NCBI GenBank assembly: GCA_003345555.1
Contig: PRDJ01000056.1
Coordinates: forward strand, 1-21,894
Reading direction: 5' to 3'
Length of the DNA stretch: 21,894 nt
Source of the DNA: Candidatus Thorarchaeota archaeon
GTDB lineage: Archaea > Asgardarchaeota > Thorarchaeia > Thorarchaeales > Thorarchaeaceae
The notes below the pieces were generated by a model, which did no database searches, had not been told where the DNA came from, and was given only the letters and a program-made list of their open reading frames with translations. Positions 15,059 through 21,894 of the stretch are shown in pieces. Position numbers and translations under genes: made by a program. The first letter of the stretch is position 1; each line of letters begins with the position of its first letter.

Positions 15059-16708
15059 TCACTTTACCTCGCGAAGCTCGCGGCGAAGGATTTTCCCTAT
15101 CGCACTTTTTGGCAATGACGGAACAAAGGAGATTATTCGTGGGTACTTGTACGCGGCCATGTGCTCCTTTGCCCAGTCTCTGACTTCGTCCTCAGTCACT
15201 TTTCCTACGCACTCTGGCTTCAGCTTGATGAATGCCTTGATCGTTTCGCCTGCAGTCGGATCGGGAATTCCAACCACCGCACACTCAGCAATTGCAGGAT
15301 GTCTGTAAAGAATATCCTCAACCTCAGCTGGAAAGACTGAGTATGCTTTGTACTTGATTAGATCCTTCTTTCTATCACCGATGTATACATACCCATCTTC
15401 ATCGAACCTTCCGATATCGCCGGTATGCATCCATCCTCCCTTGAGGGTCTCTTCTGTCTCCTTTTTCTTTCCCCAGTATCCAGTCATGACTTGGGGCCCG
15501 CGAACAAGTATCTCGCCCCACTCGCCTGTGGGCATGACTTTCGTGTCATCGGTACTGTCAACTATCTTGAGGTCGGTATTGAAGATTGGAATGCCTACAC
15601 TTCCCGGCCGTAGCACGCCCTCTGGAATCAACGTCTGAATAGGTGAGGTTTCTGTCATTCCGTATCCTTCGACAATGTACTGCCCAGTCAGCCCTTGGAA
15701 CTTCTCAAGAATTTCAACAGGAAGAGGAGCTGCACCAGAGAAGGCATGCTTCAAGGACTTTAGATTCTCCTTCTTGAAACTTGGGTGACCCAGCATTGAT
15801 ACATACAGTGTAGGTACGCCCACGAGGACTGTTGCCTTGTATTTCGGCAGTACATGCAGGACTTCCTTGAGGTCCGGCCGAGGAATCATGATTATGCTGG
15901 CGGCGATACAGGATGCAAGCACGAGCACGCACGAGAGACCGAACGCATGGAAGAAGGGAAGGACGCCTACAAAGCACTCATTTCCTTCGTTGACGTTAAA
16001 CCACTTGCGACCTGCCTCTGCATTGAACATGAGATTGCGATGAGTGAGCATTGCACCCTTGGGTAGTCCAGTGGTACCACCCGTGAAGAGAAGCGTAGCC
16101 ACGTCGTCAGCATTCAGTCTATTCTCCGGTGGTTTTGCAGGCTGATTTGACATTACTTGATTGAAGAACCGGATTTCAGCTCCTTTAGGCAATTCTGGAT
16201 GTGGAATCTTCCCCACAAGTTTTCCCAGTACGGCCTTTGCTCTCGGCAAGTATTCGCCTGTCTTCGTGTATACAACGGTTTCGACCTCTGTGTCTTTCCG
16301 CCCCTTCTCGACGACGTCATGGAATATGTCAAGAGCAACCATGATTTTCGTTCCAGTGCTCTCCAACTGGTGATGTAGTTCAAGCTCCTTCAAGAGCGGG
16401 TTTACTGGCGTGATTGCGCCACCTGCTTTGAAAGTGCCAAAGAAAGCAATGGGAAACTGTGGCAGGTTTGGCACCATGACTGCAACCCGATCCCCCTTTT
16501 TGATTCCGAGGTTCAGAAGTCCATGAGCAAATCGATTGCTCATTTCATCGATTTCTCGGAAGCTGATGGTCTTCCCCATGATGTAGTATGCCGGATGATT
16601 GGGGAATCGCTTGGCTGTCGCCATCAGCGCTTCATGAATTGTAAGATTAGGAACCTGAATGTCATGAGGCAAATCCTTCGGCCAACTCTTGTGCCAAAAC
16701 CGCTCCAT
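15059..16708 (-). CDS. fadD: Long-chain fatty-acid--CoA ligase (ANL superfamily)
   Basis: FTGGTTGLPKG, EGYGMTE, TGD and PKSAIGK adenylation motifs. ATG 16708 has GAGG upstream; the ORF track starts at TTG 16738. Confidence 0.92.
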   Translation of the reverse strand: MERFWHKSWPKDLPHDIQVPNLTIHEALMATAKRFPNHPAYYIMGKTISFREIDEMSNRFAHGLLNLGIKKGDRVAVMVPNLPQFPIAFFGTFKAGGAITPVNPLLKELELHHQLESTGTKIMVALDIFHDVVEKGRKDTEVETVVYTKTGEYLPRAKAVLGKLVGKIPHPELPKGAEIRFFNQVMSNQPAKPPENRLNADDVATLLFTGGTTGLPKGAMLTHRNLMFNAEAGRKWFNVNEGNECFVGVLPFFHAFGLSCVLVLASCIAASIIMIPRPDLKEVLHVLPKYKATVLVGVPTLYVSMLGHPSFKKENLKSLKHAFSGAAPLPVEILEKFQGLTGQYIVEGYGMTETSPIQTLIPEGVLRPGSVGIPIFNTDLKIVDSTDDTKVMPTGEWGEILVRGPQVMTGYWGKKKETEETLKGGWMHTGDIGRFDEDGYVYIGDRKKDLIKYKAYSVFPAEVEDILYRHPAIAECAVVGIPDPTAGETIKAFIKLKPECVGKVTEDEVRDWAKEHMAAYKYPRIISFVPSLPKSAIGKILRRELREVK

Positions 16709-16883
16709 CACATTTCCTCTCCGAAATCGACCAAGCAAGAGATACTGTCACGCAGAACAGCCATATAACAGCACTGATTTCCTGCAAACCGGCTTAGGAG
16801 AGGCGGAGACTCTCAAAGGCAAACAATTTGTAGTACGAAAGCTAAGAGCAATGATGCGATTCGCGTCTTGGGGATAGCTCGAT

Positions 16884-18869
16884 ATGAAGACAATCACAGT
16901 GATTGGCGCTGGCACAATGGGACATGGCATTGCACAGCTCGCCGCCATGGCGGGCTACCAAGTCTACTTGAACGATGTGAAGAAGGAATTCCTTGACAAG
17001 GGCCTTGAGCGGATAAAATGGAGCATAGGCAAATTTTCAGAGAAGAAGCAGCTCACTAAGGAGCAGGCAGATGAGATTCTCGGGAGAATCAAGCCTGAAC
17101 TCGATCTTGCCAAGGCCGTGAAGCCTGCGGACATAGTCATTGAAGCCATAATCGAAGACATGTCTGCAAAGCAGGAACTGGCACGGAACGTTGACAAGTA
17201 CGGCAGGAAAGGACTGATCCTGGCCTCCAATACCAGCACCCTGCCGATTACTGAGATAGCATCCGCATTCTCACACCCAGAGAACGTAATTGGCATGCAC
17301 TTTTTCGCCCCGCCCCAGCTAATGCCCTTAGTAGAAATCATCAGGGGCGAGAAGACCTCAGACGACACCCTAACAACAATAGTAGACTTGTCACGACAGA
17401 TGGGAAAGGACGTTGTGATTTGTCGAAAGGATGTTCCCGGTTTCATTGTAAACCGTATGTTAGGGCCCCTGCTCAATGAAGCAGCATGGATGGTTGAACG
17501 CGGTGAAGCAACCATCGCCGCTATTGATTCGGCCGTGAAGTACAGGCTGTCCCTGCCGATGGGATTGTTCGAACTTGCTGACTACAGCGGTGTTGACGTT
17601 ATCCATAATGCACAGAAGTACTTCCTGAAACGAGGACTCACCACAAACCAACCGGCAGTCTGGGAGAAGAAGGTGAAGGCACAAGAAATAGGCATGAAAG
17701 TCGGGAAAGGATTCTATACATACAAGAAAGGGGCTCTTGGATGGGAAAGACCGGATATTCCCAGAGATGCCGGCAACAATGTAGACCTTGTCAGGCTATT
17801 TGCCCCAGCTATTAGCTCTGGAGCCGAAGTTGTCAGGATGGATATTGCGACAAAGGAAGATGTCGACAAGTCAGTAAAAATGGGGCTGGGTTTCCCGAAG
17901 GGCATCCTAGAAATGGCGGATGAATTTGGACTTGACAAGGTAGTCGATGCCCTTGACGGGCTGCGCACCAAATTCGGCGATTTCTACAAGTCAGACCCTC
18001 TCCTTCAGCAGATGGTAACCGAGGGGCGCACTGGAAAAGCAGCTGGCAAAGGGTTCTATGACTACAAGGAGAAGACCACAGAATACCAGACCATTATCCT
18101 CAGGAAAGAACCTGAGAATAAGATCGCTTGGCTGATAATCAACAGACCACACAGACTCAACACCTTCACCCTTGACTCAATCGGCGAGCTCCGGCGGGCG
18201 TTTCTTGATATCGCTGATGACAAGGAAACGAGAGTGCTGATAGTCACAGGTGCAGGCGACAAAGCATTCTGTACAGGAGCTGACTTGACTGCATTCTCCG
18301 GAGAATTAAACCCTTCAACGGCCCGCGACCTCTCTGCAAAGGGTCACGACCTTTTCGCAATGATAGAGAAGCTTTCTCAGCCGGTCATCGCGGCCATAAA
18401 CGGGTATGCGCTCGGCGGAGGATGTGAACTATCTTTGGCCTGCGACTTCCGAATCGCCGCCGAACGGGCCAAAATTGGACTGACTGAACTCCAGCTTTCA
18501 TTGCTCCCAGGTTGGGGTGGCACACAGCGGCTTCCACGGATTATAGGACTGGCCAAGGCGAAAGAGGCCATCATGCTGTCACGGCGATACACGGCACAGG
18601 AGGCCTTGGCAATTGGCCTAGTGAACAGGGTCATACCAAACGAGAAGTTCGAAGAGGAGGTCAGGGCATTCGCCAAGGACCTTGCACAGCAGTCACCAAT
18701 TGCGATTAAGCTTGTGAAGCAGTGCCTCAATCAGGGTACGCAGGTACCTCTTGATGTCGGGATGGAGTTGGAGGCCCAGTGCTTCGGCACTATGTTCTCA
18801 ACGGAGGATGTCTTCGAAGGGATTGCGGCATTCATGGAGAAGAGAAAACCCGAGTTCAAGGGTAAGTAG
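16884..18869 (+). CDS. fadB: 3-hydroxyacyl-CoA dehydrogenase / enoyl-CoA hydratase, archaeal domain order (crotonase C-terminal)
   Basis: GAGTMG Rossmann motif, SNTS, MHFF..P...LVE and PGFIVNR; a duplicated dimerisation domain; then a crotonase domain with AFCTGAD, GGGCE and E..L..LPGWGGTQRL. Confidence 0.95.
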   Translation: MKTITVIGAGTMGHGIAQLAAMAGYQVYLNDVKKEFLDKGLERIKWSIGKFSEKKQLTKEQADEILGRIKPELDLAKAVKPADIVIEAIIEDMSAKQELARNVDKYGRKGLILASNTSTLPITEIASAFSHPENVIGMHFFAPPQLMPLVEIIRGEKTSDDTLTTIVDLSRQMGKDVVICRKDVPGFIVNRMLGPLLNEAAWMVERGEATIAAIDSAVKYRLSLPMGLFELADYSGVDVIHNAQKYFLKRGLTTNQPAVWEKKVKAQEIGMKVGKGFYTYKKGALGWERPDIPRDAGNNVDLVRLFAPAISSGAEVVRMDIATKEDVDKSVKMGLGFPKGILEMADEFGLDKVVDALDGLRTKFGDFYKSDPLLQQMVTEGRTGKAAGKGFYDYKEKTTEYQTIILRKEPENKIAWLIINRPHRLNTFTLDSIGELRRAFLDIADDKETRVLIVTGAGDKAFCTGADLTAFSGELNPSTARDLSAKGHDLFAMIEKLSQPVIAAINGYALGGGCELSLACDFRIAAERAKIGLTELQLSLLPGWGGTQRLPRIIGLAKAKEAIMLSRRYTAQEALAIGLVNRVIPNEKFEEEVRAFAKDLAQQSPIAIKLVKQCLNQGTQVPLDVGMELEAQCFGTMFSTEDVFEGIAAFMEKRKPEFKGK

Positions 18870-18883
18870 GAGGATAGAAGAAG

Positions 18884-20059
18884 ATGCCAACGAAGAAAAC
18901 CGCAGAAGCAGTCATAGTGGAAGCAACTCGAACGCCAATCGGCAAAAAGAATGGAAGCTTGGCCAACCTCAGGCCCGATGAACTGGCTTCTCACGTTCTT
19001 CGAGAGGTTGTCAGGCGCACGAAGATTGATCCTGCAATCGTAGATGATGTGATAATGGGTTGTAACACGCAGACAGCGCAACAGGCCGCCAACATAGGAC
19101 GATTGTCCGTCTTGGGTGCAGGTTTTCCATATACGGTTCCGGCATGCACTCTAAACCGAGCATGCGGATCCTCACAGCAGGCTGTGAATTTCGGTGCGCA
19201 ATCGATAGTCACAAGGAACGCTGATGTCGTGATTGGAGCAGGTGTTGAACATATGACGCTCCTACCTATTGGCGCTGACTTTGGCGAGGACTACGCTGCT
19301 TTCAATCCGAAGCTGATTGAGAAGTATGAGTTAGTACCAATGACCATGAGCTCGGACATGATGGCTGAGAAGTACAAGATACCAAGGATGGAACTGGACA
19401 AGTTTGCTCTGTGGAGTCACAAGAAGGCCGTTGCAGCTTGGGATGCGGGGAAGTTCGAGAGAGAGGTTACTCCAATCGAAGCTCCTCAAGCAGATGGAAG
19501 CAACACGATTGTCAAGAAAGATGATAGCCCACGCCGCGATACATCTCTTGAGAAACTGGCTTCACTGCCAACCCTTCATGGTGGGACAACTACAGCCGGC
19601 AATGCATGTCCCATAAATGATGGAGCCGCAGCTGTTCTGATGATGTCCCAAGAAAAGGCAGACGAACTCGGTCTGAAAGCACGAGCAGTCATCCGGTCTC
19701 AAGCAGTCGTTGGGGTCGAACCAGTGACATGTCTTGAAGGACCAATCTATGCTATACCGAAATGCCTTGGACGCGCGGGACTTACCCTGAGTGATATCGA
19801 TCTCATGGAGATTAACGAAGCATTTGCGTCGGTGATACTGGCTACAGGCAAGATGTTGCGTTTCGATGCCCAGTCTGACAAGCGACTTGCCGTTCACGGT
19901 GGGTCGATAGCCTTGGGGCATCCGTTGGGAGCTTCTGGTGCTCGGCTGATAACGACTGTCTTGCATGCTCTCGAGGATCGAAGACTGAGATATGGGCTTG
20001 TTTCGATGTGCGTCGGACTAGGACTGGGAACAGCAACAATCATTGAACGTGTGAAGTGA
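18884..20059 (+). CDS. fadA: Acetyl-CoA C-acyltransferase (thiolase)
   Basis: NRACGSS (catalytic Cys), NEAF, GHPLGASG and MCVGLG; GGAGG SD; 14 nt downstream of fadB. Confidence 0.95.
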   Translation: MPTKKTAEAVIVEATRTPIGKKNGSLANLRPDELASHVLREVVRRTKIDPAIVDDVIMGCNTQTAQQAANIGRLSVLGAGFPYTVPACTLNRACGSSQQAVNFGAQSIVTRNADVVIGAGVEHMTLLPIGADFGEDYAAFNPKLIEKYELVPMTMSSDMMAEKYKIPRMELDKFALWSHKKAVAAWDAGKFEREVTPIEAPQADGSNTIVKKDDSPRRDTSLEKLASLPTLHGGTTTAGNACPINDGAAAVLMMSQEKADELGLKARAVIRSQAVVGVEPVTCLEGPIYAIPKCLGRAGLTLSDIDLMEINEAFASVILATGKMLRFDAQSDKRLAVHGGSIALGHPLGASGARLITTVLHALEDRRLRYGLVSMCVGLGLGTATIIERVK

Positions 20060-20139
20060 GACACCGCTTAGAATATCTGTCCTGTTCTTCATGTGTTCTT
20101 CGCATGGTGAACGTGCCAGCGTGCAAAGGTGGCTAAGGT

Positions 20140-20946
20140 GTGAACATCGAAAAGGCCGTTGCCTTTGTGACCGCCAGAGGTGACCCCATCCAAATCGGGC
20201 GAATGTCATCGATTCTCTGGGGTCAGAAACAGAGCAGTTCTGCCACGAAGAGACTCTATGGAATGCAGAATGAAGACGGGGGATTCTCGACGGAGAAGGG
20301 CGGCTTCAGCACAGTCTGTTTCACAGTCAACGTGCTGTCTTGGCTCGATGACCTTAGGATTAGAGAAGGAACACTAGTCGACAGCGCAATACGATTCCTC
20401 AAAATGCATCAGAAAGCCGATGGCGGCTGGGATGAGGTAGAGGCACTGAAGACTGCAAATCCACCGCTATATATGATGCCGGGAGAAATCCGGACGCGGA
20501 TATGGCTCACTGCGTGTTGTGCCCATTGGCTCACTCGGTTCGGACGTATTGAGCCATCCGGTTCCAAGGGAAGTCCAGCCAGCTTTCTACTCAAACAGAG
20601 AGAACGAACCGGTCTACTGAAAGGTTACTTGAGGGCCACTTGGGATTCTCTCGTCTTATTCAGCTATTACCCGGGCCCTGATTCAGATGAATTCAAGGAG
20701 ACCCTCAGGGCGATTGAAAGTACGTACAAACCTTCAGAGTTGGAAGCGTCGAATCTTGCATGGCTTCTCACTTGTCTCAGGCACTCTGAACTGCCCAGTA
20801 GTCATCAGCTGGTTGGACAGGCGATCAATGAGTTGGCAAGGCGGCAAAGGGCAGATGGTAGTTGGAGCTCGGAGGACGGGGACAAGTTCGCTGTGAATGC
20901 GACGGTCGATGCGTTGCGTGTTCTTAGATACTACGACAGACTGTAA
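20140..20946 (+). CDS. Prenyltransferase/squalene-cyclase (QW) repeat protein, single alpha-barrel domain
   Basis: QNEDGGF, QKADGGW and QRADGSW repeats; no DxDD motif seen; GTG start. Confidence 0.8.
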   Translation: MNIEKAVAFVTARGDPIQIGRMSSILWGQKQSSSATKRLYGMQNEDGGFSTEKGGFSTVCFTVNVLSWLDDLRIREGTLVDSAIRFLKMHQKADGGWDEVEALKTANPPLYMMPGEIRTRIWLTACCAHWLTRFGRIEPSGSKGSPASFLLKQRERTGLLKGYLRATWDSLVLFSYYPGPDSDEFKETLRAIESTYKPSELEASNLAWLLTCLRHSELPSSHQLVGQAINELARRQRADGSWSSEDGDKFAVNATVDALRVLRYYDRL

Positions 20947-21019
20947 GATTACTCACGCCGCCCCGATTGAGCACAATTGACAAATGCATGCCACACTTCA
21001 CGGAACACATGATCGTGAA

Positions 21020-21511
21020 ATGAGAGAACTTCGTCGCAAGGAGAAAGCCATCAAGACTCGGGAGGAGATGGTGAGTATTCTGGAACATACGCAGTATGTC
21101 ACACTCGCCATGTGTGCAAACAACGAACCATATCTCGTGACCCTGAGCCATGCATATGAGAAGGAGAAAAACTGCATCTACTTTCATTGCGCAAGAGAAG
21201 GGAAGAAGATTGAGATTCTCTCTGCCAATAACGTCGTCTGGGGTCAAGCTCTAGTCGATAATGGCTATGTTCAAGGGGCATGTGACCACCTCTATGCCAC
21301 CGTTCATTTCAGAGGCAGGGTTACCTTCGTGGAAGATCCTAAGGAGAAGGAGCACGCTCTCATAATCATGATACGCGCTCTGGACAATGACCCATCATCA
21401 GTCATCCAGAAACAGATTACGGCGAAGTCAATTGCGCGTGTCAACGTGGGCCGAATCGATATCGAGTATATGAGCGGAAAGAAGGCAGAGAAGGTCGTCA
21501 TTTCCGTTTAG
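21020..21511 (+). CDS. Pyridoxamine 5'-phosphate oxidase-like flavin-binding protein (NimA-like)
   Basis: MRELRRKEK N-terminus, TLAM...EPY.V.L, IYFHCAREGKK and Y.TV.F.G. ATG 21020 is preferred over 20984. Confidence 0.88.
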   Translation: MRELRRKEKAIKTREEMVSILEHTQYVTLAMCANNEPYLVTLSHAYEKEKNCIYFHCAREGKKIEILSANNVVWGQALVDNGYVQGACDHLYATVHFRGRVTFVEDPKEKEHALIIMIRALDNDPSSVIQKQITAKSIARVNVGRIDIEYMSGKKAEKVVISV

Positions 21512-21546
21512 ACAAAGCACGAAATATCACTCAATCTCCATTCGTC

Positions 21547-21563
21547 GGCAATCCGGGATTGCC
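21547..21563. repeat. Inverted repeat in a convergent intergenic region
   Basis: GGCAATCC-G-GGATTGCC, 8-bp arms. Confidence 0.6.
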
Positions 21564-21611
21564 CAGCCTATGATGACTGATGCTCAGACAAGGAAGAGGC
21601 AGCCGGATTCT

Positions 21612-21658
21612 TCGCTTCGGCTAGCTTCTGGTGAAACGCCCGAGGCCAGCCGAAGCGA
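21612..21658. other. Long stem-loop in a convergent intergenic region (terminator-like or ncRNA element)
   Basis: TCGCTTCGGCT (21612-21622) / AGCCGAAGCGA (21648-21658) form a perfect 11-bp stem. It continues inward with about 9 more pairs, including G.U, interrupted by two 1x1 mismatches. Confidence 0.6.
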
Positions 21659-21701
21659 TTCCGAATAGAGTTGTTCGTAGCCCAAGTCATGGGCGGCCTG
21701 C

Positions 21702-21894
21702 CTATTTGATTCCTATTCTTGTAGTGATTTTGATCAAGATGAATATCACGAAGGCGATTATGATGAAGGTGATCAGGTCACCTATGAATTTGCCCACTAG
21801 GAATTGGCCAAATGCTATAGTTGTCCAGTCGACACCAGGCATGACCAACGATACAAGGGGCATCACAAGATTGTCCACAAGTGACTTCACCAGA
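21702..21894 (-). CDS. mscL: Large-conductance mechanosensitive channel, partial (5' end lies outside the window)
   Basis: LVKSLVDNLVMPLV (end of TM1) and GKFIGDLITFIIIAFVIF (TM2) match MscL; the frame stays open to the right edge. Confidence 0.85.
   Translation of the reverse strand, partial: LVKSLVDNLVMPLVSLVMPGVDWTTIAFGQFLVGKFIGDLITFIIIAFVIFILIKITTRIGIK

Noticed and set aside
21568-21600. ATGATGA-CTGA, resembling C/D-box sRNA or SECIS motifs
   Set aside because: The boxes abut with no guide region, there is no D box about 50 nt downstream, helix pairing for a SECIS fails, and the upstream gene has no in-frame TGA.
1-21894. tRNA, rRNA, CRISPR array, transposase or integrase
   Set aside because: No complete GGTTCRANTCC T-arm in a cloverleaf context, no regularly spaced direct repeats, and no mobile-element motifs in any ORF.

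Overview
This is a gene-dense, roughly 50% GC prokaryotic window with about 20 CDS. I found no tRNA, rRNA, CRISPR array or mobile element. It reads as archaeal: AGGTGA/GGAGG Shine-Dalgarno motifs, a TATA-like box, a 3-hydroxyacyl-CoA dehydrogenase with a C-terminal crotonase, and exported proteins rich in N-x-S/T sequons. The gene mix is reminiscent of Asgard (Thorarchaeia-like) genomes, but that is inference only. Left to right: (1) a minus-strand operon of two paralogous polytopic membrane proteins, an ArsR-like wHTH regulator and a membrane-anchored protein that the ORF track misses, preceded by three abutting palindromes; (2) a linalool dehydratase/isomerase (LinD/Ldi)-like exported enzyme, 3 nt upstream of a solitary ECF S-component; (3) a plus-strand run of nucleotidyltransferase, HAD, GNAT, histidine phosphatase and S66 peptidase; (4) an ATC-hydrolase-family protein, an unknown membrane protein and an orphan AmmeMemoRadiSam radical SAM enzyme; (5) a membrane-bound alkaline-phosphatase-superfamily protein with PIG-N-like motifs; (6) an acyl-CoA ligase divergent from FadB/FadA-type genes, followed by a QW-repeat (prenyltransferase/terpene-cyclase fold) protein, a PNPOx-like flavoprotein and a partial mscL. 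The best leads are the LinD-like/ECF-S pair and the PIG-N-like protein. All family calls come from motif recognition by eye; no database searches were run.
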